Positions 45,673-59,329 of a DNA stretch of 64,000 nucleotides are shown in pieces. The stretch lies in contig JBEUKZ010000054.1 in the NCBI GenBank assembly GCA_048128005.1, positions 248,001 to 312,000 of the forward strand, in the 5' to 3' direction. Both the position numbers and the translations under genes were made by a program. This stretch comes from Veleropilina oligotropha (taxonomy: Eukaryota). Below the pieces are notes generated by a model, which saw only the letters and a list, made by a program, of their open reading frames with translations, ran no database searches and was not told where the DNA came from. Numbering within the stretch: the stretch's first letter is position 1; the number at the start of each line of letters is the position of its first letter.

Positions 45673-47039
45673 CTCTGCATGGCATTATTATTGCGGTAAA
45701 ATAAATCATATTTGACTCCTGATGTAATAATACCATTCCATGAGGAAAATAATTCTTTTGTCAAGAAAATTGCTCCGCACAGGTTTTATACGGCTTCAAT
45801 TAATTTACATTAAATTACTTATACCCCAAAACCAGGGTTTTTACCTACAACTGCAATATGACATCATCTCACTTATTAGTCATGGCATGTATCCGTCTTC
45901 TCTGTATCTTACCCTATTTTACTTTTACCATCGTTTACTACTTAAATCCAAGATGACTCTGTAATTTTCATCAAATAATTGACATGATGGATGACTCTAT
46001 TCTGAAAAGGAGACTGTGCACAATATGGAATGGTTATCAATAGTGATTTTTTGTCCAGGTTTATGGGTGAGCAGCATTCCGCTATATATAAAATATTTTA
46101 ACAAAGGCGATGAGGATTACTTGTACATATTTCTCTCGCATGTTCATACGAATACTCTCAGACGCAACTTGTAGATACAGTCCGAGCATGAAATTAATGC
46201 ATGGTGGTGGATACTAACAAAGTCAGACTGGTTTTTGCCTACTTTTCCAAATGCAACGCAGGTTTACACAAACCTGTCATTAAAGTGGGTCCAGTGCGCA
46301 TCAGAAACATTATTAGTAGTAGCAAGCTCAGGGGTGACAACATCCATGAGACGCTGCAGCCAGAAGGTAGACAAAATGAAGAATTTACCATAAACTGTAA
46401 CAAAGACTGTGTGTGTACTTATACATCTAAGATTCACATAAAATGTCACGTTGATGCAACTATGGACAGGAGAAAGCCTGAAACATCGGCATCGAAGGTC
46501 ACAATTGCCAGTGTTTGACTTTAAGCTTTACTGCTTGTTTTGTGGTGAAGTATGTGAACTCGCACCTAATCCTCGTCATCCAGATTGATGAAAGGAGGAT
46601 TAAAGGTAATCCCCTTGTATCTATAATAATATACTTACGTCCTTACTAATGCCATAATAAGCCTATTATCGCTAAATCCGGACAAGGTGGAAATGGTAAT
46701 TTTCGCACTTTTTAGTAAATTTAACCCAGTCGACCCACTGACCTGCTCGACCTCCTCAAGTTCATGCCTTATAAAGAGCTCGCCAACTCCCGCGAGATCC
46801 TCGTGACCCAAAGGTCATGACCTCATCCGAAGTTTTTAGCAAACAACAAGGCAAAGAACTTATATAAGAGGGGAGGTGCGAAGCAGGGTGGGCCAAGTGG
46901 GTAAGGACGTAAGTATATTATTATAGATACAAGGGGATTACCTTTAATCCTCCTATCTATATCAAATATACTTACGTCCTTACTAATGCCAAGAATAACT
47001 TTGGTTGGCGGAGTTATAAGTTCCATACACCAAAATTAA

Positions 47040-47710
47040 AACTTACTTGTTACCGGAAGACGACGCTTTAGCGTTGAGATCGAGTCCGTTCAGAGTAGAT
47101 TTACTGAGCATCTAATCTACTCTTACCCCGAGGTGAGATTTCGACCAAGAAATCTGGGAAAACACGCCAGGGATGTTAGTCGGACAGGTAACACGAAAGT
47201 GCATGTAGCTCCGGACACCGTGCGAAAGGTATACCTTGTAGGCACTCATGTCATGGGCAAAAGCAGTGATCTGAATATTCCGGACTCAAAGGTCGGCAGA
47301 CAGAAAACTGCAGACGAGGTTTTTAGAGGCACCCGAACCTAGGCAGGTTTACTGTGCTATAATATAAAACCTTGACAATTATTAATAGATTGAAGAATAT
47401 TCAATTATCTTCATCTTGAATTAATAAAAAAATTTGCATGTCTATCTTGCAAAATGTCAACATGATAACATGTTACTTAAATAATTTTAAGTATGGAATA
47501 ATATTAAAATTTCTCAATGTAAAGACATTGAAATGTTCTGCGACAGCAAGTAGAACATTTTTAAAAATAATATTATTTACAAAAAACATTTTTAAGATTT
47601 CGTAATGAAAATGTTTGCATCCAATGTGAGCATTAATGTCATATTAACTCAGTTATGACTAGATAATTTCAATTTCTTAATGAATTAAGAAAAGAAATAA
47701 CATTGAAATA
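47040..47710 (-). ncRNA. Candidate structured 3' RNA domain (copy C, most diverged)
   Basis: Provides most of the compensatory changes, e.g. gttacc/ggtaac, agagtagatt/aatctactct, gcagt..tctg/caga..actgc. Confidence 0.6.
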
Positions 47711-47918
47711 AATTCTAAGTGTGTTACAATGTACACGAATAGAAATACATTACATTACCTCAGTTCCCTGGTAATAATCCTTTTTAAAGTTTTACCATAA
47801 ATTTACTGAAAGGATGAGCTAGATCCTCTAATGCATTGCTGATTTGCTGCGACAAAGGAAATGCTATGTTCGCCAGATGCCGTGGTTGCGTAATCACGCA
47901 GGTAAAAGCGAACAAAGG

Positions 47919-50900
47919 TGTGGTGAACTGTATATATAGTATTGTATTGCATTGTTGTAGAGTTACCTCCCTTTGCTCTTTATTGTGAAAACCACTATTG
48001 TTTGATGTTTACTCGTACGTTCGGTATGCTGATTAAAGCCTAGCTTGCATTTTACTCTGAGGTTTACTTATAACAATTTAATCAGCATACCGAAGAAGAA
48101 GAGAAGTCATGGACAAGTTTCTACGCCCAGAGAAGTTTGACGCCGACCCAAACGCGCCCGACGCGGCGAAGCTTTGGCGATACTGGTACAGGACATTTGT
48201 GAACTTTCTCGATGCTGTCGAAACCCATGAACCAAACAAACTCAACACGCTTATCAATTACGTGGCCCCTATCGTTTACGATTATATCGGCGACTGTGAA
48301 ACATACGAAGGAGCTATACAAATTCTCGAAGAGCTATACATAAAACCAAAGAACGAGGTATACGCCCGACACATGTTAGCTACACGCAAACAAGAGCCCG
48401 GTGAGTCTCTAGATCGATATCTGTTAGTATTAGAACAATTATCCAAAGACTGCAACTTTCAAGCCGTCACGGCAGAACATTGCAGAGATAACTCTATCCG
48501 TGATGCGTTCATTAACGGTCTTCAGTCAGGAAACATTCGTCAGCGACTGCTTGAAAACAAAACGTTGGATCTTTCCACTGCTTTTGATCAAGCACGTGCA
48601 CTCGAAATGGCTCAAAAACAATCTGCTTCGTACAATGGCTCCCAGTTTACATCATGCAGCTCCGCTATCTCTAACCAAACTCCGTTATCAGAACAAGAAC
48701 AAATCCCTGCTAATTATTCTGCCACGACTCTCAGTAAATGTTTTTTCTGTGGGTACAATCGCCATCATAGAAGTAAATGCCCTGCTAAAGAATCTATATG
48801 TAATGGGTGCGGTAAGAAAGGACATTTCCAGAAAGTATGCCAGTCCTCTTCGTCCAATCCTCATTCTACCACTCGACCCACATCAGCAGCCCTACCGACC
48901 CTTGCTGCTGTATCTAATACGACACCAACCTCATTGGCTAAATCTGTAATCGGGGTTACTGTCAATGGACATATTGCTAATGCACTTATAGATACAGGCA
49001 GCTCAGACTCTTTCATTGATGCATCATGGGCTAGACGCCAGAAAATCGAAATCTCGGCAACAAGCGGTGATGTGTTGATGGCTTCTACAGCGCTTTCATC
49101 CAAGATTCTAGGACATTGTTACGTAACATTGCTATTAAAAGATAACTGTTATCCTTGTGTTAAGATGTCGGTTCTCAACGAGCTGTGTGTGGACATTATT
49201 TTAGGACATGATTTTCTCAAACAGCATCAGAGCCTGGAAATATTTTTTGGCGGAAAGAAATCCCCTTTGTCGGTGTGTGGACTAGCAACTATCAAGGTTA
49301 ACCCTCCCACTCTCTTTGCTAATCTCACTGAGAATTGTAAACCAATTGCTGCAAAGTCCCGAAAGTACTGTGACTCTGATAAGACATTCATAGATTCCGA
49401 AATTCAGCGTCTGTTGAGAGAAGATATCATAGAACCATGCCAGTCGCCTTGGCGAGCACAAGTTCTTGTAACAAAAGATGAAAGACATAAAAAGCGTCTT
49501 GTCATGGATTACAGTCAAACAATTAACCTTTACACGCTTCTTGATGCTTACCCCCTTCCCAAGATACTGTCATACACGACATGGTTTCTAAAGTTGCCCA
49601 ATATGAAGTGTACAGTACTCTAGATCTCAGGAGTGCCTACCATCAAGTAGCTATCATGGAAGAAGAACGAACCTACACTGCGTTTGAAGCTTCACAGCGC
49701 CTTTATCAGTTTAAAAGAATTCCTTTCGGTGTCACAAACGGAGTGGCCAGCTTCCAACGGATTATGGATGAAATTATCCAGAAAGAGAACTTGACATGTG
49801 TATTTGCGTATGTAGATAATGTCACTGTAGCTGGAGCGAATGAGGTTGAACACGACAAAAACCTGAAAACCTTCCTCGATGTCGCTAAAAAGTACAACAT
49901 TACGTTTAATGACGATAAGAGTGTTTTCTCAACTAGAACTCTCAACTTGTTAGGCTATACGATCTCGAAAGGATCTATTAAACCTGACGAGGAATGCTTG
50001 CGACCATTAAAAGAAATGCCAGTACCTAATGATGCAAAATCTCAGCGACGAGTAAATGGTATGTTCGCATATTACTCACAGTGGATTCCGAAATTTTCGG
50101 ACAAAATTCGCCCTCTGATTCAAAACAAAACATTTCCATTGTCACCTGCTCTTGTTGAAGTGTTTGAGGCGTTGAAATCGGACATAACAGACGCAGTTGT
50201 CACGACTATTGACCCCACGGTTCCCTTTGTTGTTGAAACTGATGCGTCAGATTATGCTCTAGCTGCTACACTAAACCAGTCTGGCCGTCCTGTAGCATTC
50301 TTTGCAAGAACTTTATCACAGTGCGAGTTAAATCACCCCCCTGTTGAGAAAGAAGCTCAAGCAATCGTTGAAGCTCTCAGGAAGTGGCGTCACTTTCTTC
50401 TCGGTCATCCGTTCCAACTCATCACAGATCAGCGCTCTGTCTCTTTCATGTTCAACAACAAGAGATTGACTAAGATAAAGAATGAGAAAATATCTCGCTG
50501 GAGAATGGAACTTTCATGTTTCCAGTATGATATCATTTACAGACCTGGAAAGGATAATGTGGTTCCTGATACCCTAACACGCATGTTCTGTTCGGCTATT
50601 ACCCCAGACGCTCTCAAGACGCTACACGTTTCTCTGTGTCATCCCGGTATCGCGCGAATGGCACATTTTGTACGGTGCCGCAATCTTCCCTTTTCCATCG
50701 AAGACGTTAAACGAATGACAAACGCATGTCAGGTTTGCGCAGAACTTAAACCCCAATACTACAAAGGAAAACCTGGAACTCTTATCAAGTCTACACTGCC
50801 TTTTGAAAGACTCAACGTGGATTTTAAAGGACCTCTCCCATCTTCTACTAATAATAAATACATCCTCACCATCGTAGATGAATTCTCAAGGTTTCCATTT

Positions 50901-51860
50901 GCTTTTGCCTGCCCGGATGTTGGATCTGAGACTGTTAAGAATTGCTTATGCCAACTCTTTGCAATATTCGGCATGTGCTCATATATACACTCTGATCGAG
51001 GGACCAGTTTCCTATCCGCTGACCTTCGGCAGTTTCTGCACAGTCGAGGAATTGCTACAAGTCGGACTACGAGCTATAACCCGCAAGGAAACGGTCAGGT
51101 TGAACGTTATAATGGTATCATCTGGAAAGCTGTCTCCCTTGCACTCAAATCTCGCGGTTTACCCGTCAACCAATGGGAAATAGTAATCGCCGATGCATTG
51201 CACTCTGTATACGGTCCCTTCTCTCGACAGCATCGAACGAAACCCCACATGAGAGACTTTTCAAGTACCAGCGCCGCTCTTCCTCTGGCCTATCCATTCC
51301 TTCATGGCTGTCGGTCCCTGGCCCAGTCCTACTTAAGCGGCATGTGAGACAGTCCAAGTACGAACCCCTGGTGGACGAAGTAGAACTAATCGAAGCTAAC
51401 CCCCAGTACGCCCACATCCGCTACCCCAATGGCCGTGAAACGACAGTATCCCTCCGTCACCTGGCTCCTCGCGGAGAAACCTCTCAAGGAGATGCTGGTC
51501 AAGGTGAAACATTACCCCCCACCATTGTCGAAACCCCTGACGAAAGATCTACACCTTCATTTGCGGTTCGTGACGATGATGTACCATCGGTTGCTGTTCC
51601 TTCTAATGAAGACTCCGATATGGAACCCCCTGTGCTTCGACGCTCTGATCGCAGCAGGCGGCCACCAGATCGCCTGAATCTCTAGTGACATTTATTGGTC
51701 GGGGAGAATGTGGTGAACTGTATATATAGTATTGTATTGCATTGTTGTAGAGTTACCTCCCTTTGCTCTTTATTGTGAAAACCACTATTGTTTGATGTTT
51801 ACTCGTACGTTTGGTATGCTGATTAAAGCCTAGCTTGCATTTTACTCTGAGGTTTACTTA
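47919..51860 (+). mobile_element. Compact Ty3/Gypsy LTR retrotransposon (Mag-like)
   Basis: LTRs 47919-48075 (TG...CA, 157 bp) and 51709-51860 (last 5 bp missing, one substitution seen); PPT ggggagaa at 51701-51708; domain order gag-PR-RT-RH-IN. Confidence 0.96.
48109..51685 (+). pseudogene. Gypsy gag-pol with two frameshifts (~49570 and ~51205)
   Basis: Two zinc knuckles CFFCG..H..CPAK..CNGCGKKGHFQKVC, LIDTGS, IPFG, YVDN, ETDASD, HPG...CQVC, DFKGP, HSDRG, GQVERYN. Confidence 0.92.
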
Positions 51861-52260
51861 AAATTTCTCAATGTAAAGACATTGAAATGTTCTGCGACAG
51901 CAAGTAGAACATTTTTAAAAATAATATTATTTACAAAAAACATTTTTAAGATTTCGTAATGAAAATGTTTGCATCCAATGTGAGCATTAATGTCATATTA
52001 ACTCAGTTATGACTAGATAATTTCAATTTCTTAATGAATTAAGAAAAGAAATAACATTGAAATAAATTCTAAGTGTGTTACAATGTACACGAATAGAAAT
52101 ACATTACATTACCTCAGTTCCCTGGTAATAATCCTTTTTAAAGTTTTACCATAAATTTACTGAAAGGATGAGCTAGATCCTCTAATGCATTGCTGATTTG
52201 CTGCGACAAAGGAAATGCTATGTTCGCCAGATGCCGTGGTTGCGTAAAAGCGAACAAAGG
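51858..52260. repeat. Direct duplication of DIRS C segment 47504-47918 on the other side of the Gypsy element
   Basis: Identical by eye except for a 12-bp deletion (tcacgcaggtaa) in this copy. Confidence 0.92.
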
Positions 52261-55123
52261 TATTAGCACTCTTCCAGTAACCAGCCTTCAAGATTGCATT
52301 GATATTTAAATTATACTTGAAGGCCAAGGAGGTCGCTAAGGCCCGTGTTTCATGCGCGTGAATTGAAACGAGATCTCGATCTGGCTCGTCGGACCGCTTG
52401 TAAATTTCTTTTACAACAGAGACTATCCAACGTGATACAGTCGACTTGCGAATGTCGCGGTTGAATTGGGACATGTGGCTTATGAATAAACGCTTTTTGC
52501 CGTGCCGTAGGTCACGGGTCCTGTCCAGATAGAATCTCAGCGCACGAACGGGGCAGTTCAGCCGGTCGATATCGTCTCTACCCAACTTGGAGAGGTTATG
52601 GATACAAACCTCGGGACAGATATCTTCAGGTCTTTGTGTCTTCGCTAAGAAGCCAAGGACCGTATGCAGCGTCAACGACCCATCGGAGTGGAAGTGTATA
52701 TCTCGCAGCTCTCCGGATAATGCGTGTATCTCCGATGCCCGATTACCGGTGGCGAGAGCGGTAAGTAATACGGTCTTATAAGTGAGATTTTTGAGGGAGC
52801 ATTCACTCATAGGTTCGAACGGGCATCTAAGTAAAGCATTGAGAATCAACATGATATTCCACGCAGGCGGCCGCACCTGCTGAGCGGGTCGTTCGAGTTG
52901 GTAGGAGCGTATAAAATCCGATATTGTCTTGTCGGTAGACAAGCGGGTGTGCTCGCGGCATTGTCGTAACGTCGTTGCTACGCATGATCGGTAGCCTTTG
53001 ACAGCGGAAATGGACATTCCACGTTCGAGCAACGACGACAAAAACTCGATAAATTTTGTCACAGGGGGGCGGAATATATTGACTTGCCGCCCGCGACACC
53101 AATCCACAAATTTCTTCCATCGGTAGTCGTATACCTTTGTTGTAGATTGCCTTCTAGATCGGTAGATGCGCTGGGCTGTCGCTCTAGAAAATCCTTTCTT
53201 AATGAGCGATCTCTCGATAGTCGCCAGGCGTGAAAGTGAAACTCGTTCGCCGACGGGTGTAGAACCCGACTGCGCGGTTGCGATAACAGGTCTGTCATCT
53301 GCGGGAGCGCAAGTGGCTGATCGATGAGTAGATCCAGAAGTGTCGGAAACCAGGACTGCGTGCGTTGTAGGGGTGCTATTAGCGTCAACTCGCAGTCTTC
53401 GCGTGTTGCTTTCCGTAGTACTTGTGGCAACATGCACGACGGCGGAAAGGCGTAGGCGATCAGATTCTCCCATGTCATTGACAGAGCGTCGACCGCTATA
53501 GCGGCCGGGTCCGGGTAAGGAGACACATAGAGAGGGAGTCGGTGATTGTATTCGGTTGCGAATAGATCGACTTGAGGCTGCGACCACAGGCGACAAACAT
53601 CTCAGGCTACACGGGCGTGTAGCGTCCACTCTGTGTGTATTATCTGTGTTTTCCGTGAGAGCGTATCCGCTCTGACATTCAGCTTCCCCGTGATGTGTCG
53701 GGCTCGAATTGTCGAGTTGAGTGACATCACTAGGTGGTGTAGGTTGATCGCTCGGTCGCAGTGGACGGGAGCGAGTGCCGCCCTGGTGCTGAATGTAAGC
53801 GACGACAGTCGTGTTGTCCGTTGCTAGCATTATGTGCTTGTTGCGGAGATGTGACGAGAGGGACCGTACTGACAGGTAGACGGCTTCTAACTCTAGGAAG
53901 CTGATGTGTCGTCCCTGAAGGTCCATCGGCCCGATGTCTCGTGACTGTCGAGGTGACCTCCCCAGCCCTCGTTTGACGCGTCCGTGAAGAGGTAGGCGTT
54001 CGGGTCTGGGGGGGATATCGGAACCGACTGACTCGGCAGGGTAGTGTTCAGCCACACTGCTGTCGTGCGAGTGAACCAATGCCGTAGATCGATGCGATCC
54101 GTCCACTGTCCCGTACGTTGTATCCAGCGGTCCTTGAAGGCCTGCTGCAACGGTCGCTTGTCCATGCGACCCGTCGGTAACAGGGGAGCTACCGACTCGA
54201 TGTGCCCTAGGACAGTGGCCAGTCGTCGCGCTGTAGTTATCCGTGAAGACTTCGTTTCCAGTATAACTGCGCGTAGGTTCTCTATACGTTTCTGAGTCGG
54301 TTTCGCGGTGTACCGGACCGTGTCGAATTCGACCCCTAGAAATGTAAACGTCGTCGAGGGCACGAAGCAGGATTTCTCGTTGTTGATCTGTAATCCTAGG
54401 CGCTTCGCCGATGACAGGGTAACGCTCATAGACTGGAGGCACTGATCCCGGGACGCCCCGAGAATCAACCCGTCGTCGAGGTACATGTGTACTCTGTGCC
54501 CTTGCGAGTGTAGGAAGGCCCCGAGAGCCTGTACTACCCGCGTGAAGACGTACGGGGCTGACGATAGACCGAACGGTAGACACCTGAATTGGTAGACCGT
54601 TCCCCCGTGGACAAACCGTAGGTACCGGTGAGCCGAGACGTGCATCGGAACGTGTAGGTACGCATCGGTCAAGTCGATAGACGCTGCCCAGTCGCCCGGA
54701 CGGATGGCCGTTCGTATCTTCGAGAGTGTTTCTTGCTTGAACTTCTCGGTACGAAGATACTGGTTGAGGAATGACAGATCGAGGATCGGTCGCCAACGGC
54801 CATCGGGTTTCGGGACCAGGAAAAAGTGGCTGTAATATCCTAGTGTGCTGGGCGGCGCGGGATAAATCGCTCTTTTTGAGAGTAAGTCCCGCACTGCCTG
54901 GTCTAGGACGGCTTGTTTTTCTCTTATTAGGAGACGAGCGCGTCCTGGTGGTGGTGTCGCGTCTAGGGTTGGATGCCGGTCGAATGCCAACATGTATCCG
55001 GCACTCACGACTGAGTGAACCCAGTTGTCCTCTGTCATTTCTAGCCAGGACAGGCTGTACTCTAACAGACACGCTCCCACCGGCGGAAGCGTGCAACTGG
55101 GCTCGTCGCGAGCGCCGGCAACC
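52157..55123 (-). pseudogene. DIRS C YR ORF3 with upstream extension; compensating frameshifts in the pol overlap and a 4-aa deletion next to the catalytic Tyr
   Basis: GNRASEIH, AHETRA, AGYWKS..FVRFY. Confidence 0.82.
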
Positions 55124-57366
55124 CTAGGGCCGCGGCTTCCCTCTCCCGCTCTGACGGGATTTCGTCGGAGGTGCCGTTTTCGCAGTAGATTTCTTGGCCT
55201 GAGGAAGCCCACTATGCGAAGGTTTGGCACGCTTGGAAGGCTTATGGGACCGGGACGGTCCCGAGCGCTTCCTTGAGCAGCAGCCGGCGTACTGCGAGGA
55301 GTAGCCAAGACTGCCTTCTCAGTCGCGCGATCCTTTAGGTCGGCCGCTCGCTTCTCGACAAATTCGGTGAATTTGTCTCCGAAGAGAGTAGAGGCCGACA
55401 GCGGTACGCAACGTAGAGACTGCCGGGTGGCGTCGTCTAACGTGGTGCCGTCTAGGCACGCGTCTGTACGAAGTAGGACAGCGTTACCTAAGGATCGGGC
55501 TGACTCCGACGCGGAGTTCTCCGTGGAGGCGGCAACCTCTTCGAGGAAGGACAGTGCGATCTCTCGAGCGCGGGGTCCATCCTCTTGTAGCACGGTAATA
55601 GCTCCGTCCAAGAAGAAATCCCGGATGGAGGAATGCCGTAGAGCTCGACGGGCGGAGCTCTCAAAGCCCTCCATGGCGGCCCATGGGACTTTGACTACCG
55701 AGGGAGCTGTGCTGGCCGACAGCCGACGCATCGCTGCATCGATCTGAACTGGCTCAGTCGCCAGACACGTCCCAGAGCACCCGATCGGAATCGGACGCCT
55801 ACTGGGCCGGAGGTATCTTCCCTTACGCAGACCACTAGGGTACTCCGTTAAATTGGAAGTCTCCACCGATTTGGACCCCTGAATGGATTTGGTCGCCGAG
55901 TCAAGGACGAGCGAGACCAACCCAGACTGGGGGAGGGTAGGAAGCAGGGGGGCTTCCGTCCCAACAAACCGACGTGCCGCTGTCCTGTGCCTGACTACGC
56001 TTACCGGCAGGGCCGGGTCGAGCAAGTCAAGCACCCCGCGAAGCGACGCGACAGCGTCGTACCTTCGGCGGGTGGCGGAGACGGCTTCATGTGTGCCAGA
56101 AAGACTACAAGAGTCGTCTGGTCCGACCGATTCAGGGAGGTCAGAGCGAGTAGAAGTGGTGTCCTCGTCGGAACGAGAATCTACTTCCATCACCGAAACA
56201 TGAGCCGAGCCCGGCGTTACGGTCAGAGACGCTGGGACCTGGGGCGGCTGGGTAGCCGGTTGCCAGGACCTACAACGTGACTCGACTTCCGCCGCAATCA
56301 TAGCCTGGACGTTCTCGAACGAGAAACCCGGAGGCATGACGGACGTCGGACCAACAGCCATTGGTCCGCTCGAGGTTACCGTAGCGCTTGGTGGACGGGC
56401 TGCACGGACAGGTGGAGCCGAGAACCAGGGTCTCGGGGTACCTGTCGGGAAACCGCTACCAGGGAATCGGCCCGAAGGCTCGTTAACTGGTGCGAACGGC
56501 CCGTAGGACTGAGACCACAGTCCATACGGGTCTGTAACCCTGCTCGAGTGAAGCACGTGGGAATACCCGCCGTATACTTCAGCTCCGAGCGCAGCCGATC
56601 CTACCACACCACCTAGGACGTCTTGAAAAGAATCGTCGGAGGTAATGGGCCTTCCATCGTTCTCGTGGGCTCCGACGGTGGCGAGATTAGTCTTTAAACT
56701 AGCGCCGTTGTCGGACGAGAGGATGGGTTTCGTCGAGCGTCTGGAACTTCGACCACTTTCGTGGTGCCCAGCAACTATATCGACTTTTTCTGCCAGTCGT
56801 TTCGCTTCTTGTTCAGAAGCTACTAAACTCGCAGAAGGACTAACGCTGCCTTGCTCCTCCGAGGCCGGAGGAGAGGAAAGGTTTTGTCTGCCCTGTTCAG
56901 CTTTTCGCCGCAGCGCTCGACGTGTCTTACTGGTCGGCAAGACACTCTGAGCAGCGGTTACTAGGCCCAAAGGAGAGGAGTCGGACTGCACTCGGGCCTG
57001 TACCTGAACCATGGACCCCGACGAAGTTTCTGGGACTTTCCCCAAAGTCTCAGAGGTTCCGACGGCGGATCCCGCGATAGCCGCTGTCCCAACACGGCTA
57101 TCACCGAGAGGATCTGAAAGAGAAAGAATAGAATCAAAGCCTGTCTCTAATCTCTGAAGCTTCTCGGTGGCTGTCCCATCGGGAGAAGATGCCCTGGTCG
57201 TTTTCTCCGTTGGGAAAAGAATCTCCCACTGCCGATTCGTCAATAATAAACAATGCTCACACGGATGCGTTTTATCACTAAAACAAACACGGTGAATAGT
57301 GCATTCGGAGTGCCTGTCAAAACCACGGATTTTCTGTCTGCACCCGGAAACACTGCAATGCACCAT
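53059..57366 (-). pseudogene. DIRS C gag and pol, fused and frameshifted by small deletions
   Basis: ATG at 57366 with Cys/His finger; shift into pol near 55270; YLDDG; further breaks near 53925 and 53765; methyltransferase part in 53059-53526. Confidence 0.85.
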
Positions 57367-58589
57367 AGCTACGTACACAGGTAGGTAGGAGATAGGGGTA
57401 TGAAGTGATAAGGGTATTTCTACGGGTAGTTTACCAAAATACTACTACAATCTCGATTGTACCTGATCCGAGAGTAGGAAAAGGCTGAAATACGCTTAAT
57501 ACCTCCGGCGGATTATACGCCCAAAACACCGACTTGATAAACTTTTTAACACAAGTCGGCCAACGAATTGAGAAACGGGAGGTCTTTCTTTTACAAGAAA
57601 CCGCCCTTCACACCTAAAAACCTCTTGGATGTATATATATCAATTTGTTAGAATTCGGCGTGTTATCCCCGACTTAGCAGATTTACCAAAATAACGCTAG
57701 TTAAATTCTAAACAATCTGCTTTTCAACGACGATAAATTTGATTACATAAATTTATAGCAAGAAACACGTCGTTGAGGAAATTATCGCATATATAAATGA
57801 ATTGTAATACAAATTCAAGCAATATCAATAATACAACTCTCTCCTGACTCCTTAGTAATTGCTAAGGAGCTTCCTTCTTTAAATATCCCTCTGAGCGTCC
57901 TCTTTACTTTTCTTTCAGAATTTCAAGATGGCGTCGTCAGTGGAGGGTGTTGATTTCCGTTTTTGTCTGTACTCGACAGGAAAACCTCTAAGAAGGGCTT
58001 ATTCAGGAGGAAAACTCTCAAATTTCCCACTACACGTGTTTAACACACTACACTCAATCTTATGAGCTTAATGATTAATAAATCTGGCTCTAAATAGATC
58101 GAATTCACATCAGATGATGGAGCAAAGAAAAATGAGGTTTTAATGTAAACCTAATATTAGTATAAAACATACTTACGTCCTTACTCTTGCCATAATAGTA
58201 ATATTATTGCTAACCGGAAACAGTGAATAAGTCACATTATGCACTATTAATAAGTCAAAGACGCAAAAACGTACCACGGTTACCTCCCCTGCTCCTCCTC
58301 CCCCACGTTCCCCCGCGAGACCTCGCCAAGTCTCGCGAGACTTCTGAACCATAGAAGTCACATGACATCAATTCAAAGTTCAAAAACCACAAAGGAACGT
58401 AGTAGAGGGGAGGAATGCGAAACGCAGGGTGGGTAATCGTGGTAAGGACGTAAGTATGTTTTATACTAATATTAGGTTTACATTAAAACCTCATATATAG
58501 TTACAAACATACTTACGTCCTTACTCTTGCCAGAATAACCTTGGATAGGTGGGTAAGACGTTCCTTACAACAAACCCAAACAAGATAAT

Positions 58590-59235
58590 GACTTACTTGT
58601 CACCAATTCAATCAGCATGAAGCGTCGATTGTGTCCGCCTAGAGTGGAATTTTTACTGAGTATTATATTCTACTCTTACCAAGCGAGAATTTCGACCAGT
58701 GTTACCGGGAGAATACGCCGTGGTATTAGTCGGACGAGGTGAACGGAAGTGCAATCAGCCCCAGGCACGGCCGGAAGGATAAATCCCTGTAGGTCTTACG
58801 TGTCATGGACCAGTGGCAGCCAAATGGGACTCCGGGCCTATAGGCCGGTAGCCAGAGGATGCAGTCGGATTTGTAAGCACACGGAACCTAACAGGTTGTG
58901 AAAGCTTTAAATCAAAAGCAAAGAATTAATAGATTATTATAAATAATCGATATTAATAAGTAATTCGCATGACCAACTTGCGAACGCTAACATGGACGAC
59001 ATGTTACTTAAAAATTAAATGTTAAGGAATCAAAAATTTTTCAATGTATTGAACATCGTATGTTCGATTACAGCAAAGAACATAATAATATTGAACCTCA
59101 ATCTTTTTTAAGATTTGTGCAAAATTATAAAAGTTGTTTTATTAAATTCAATGTAATCTGGCTGTCAACACTCAGGTCTGACATGAAAAGTACAAAATCT
59201 TAAAATAGATTTAAGAAATGAACAGACATTGAACT
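58590..59235 (-). ncRNA. Candidate structured 3' RNA domain (copy D)
   Basis: Same blocks as in A, B and C. Confidence 0.6.
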
Positions 59236-59329
59236 GCCTCATAGGTGTTAATTTCATAGCACCGTTTGGCCAACAAAAATAAAATGGCGTCAGTAAATAT
59301 GCAAATGATCAATCAGAGAACAATACTTA

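Larger units (their letters stand above)
46593..58131 (-). mobile_element. DIRS1-like retrotransposon C, interrupted by a Gypsy element and by DIRS D; its 5' ITR is not in the window
   Basis: Terminus aggaggattaaaggtaat matched by ICR 46902-46991; gag, pol and YR with frameshifts; 5' leader 57370-58131. Confidence 0.93.

Noticed and set aside
46564..46608. Flank acctaatcctc as an inverted half-site of the DIRS C terminus
   Set aside because: A 20-bp spacer is too long for a typical YR core and no equivalent appears at A, B or D; probably chance.
53893..57378. Natural Gag-Pol fusion ORF in DIRS C
   Set aside because: Caused by a private deletion near 55270; the ancestral CCC TAG is still present at 55124-55129.
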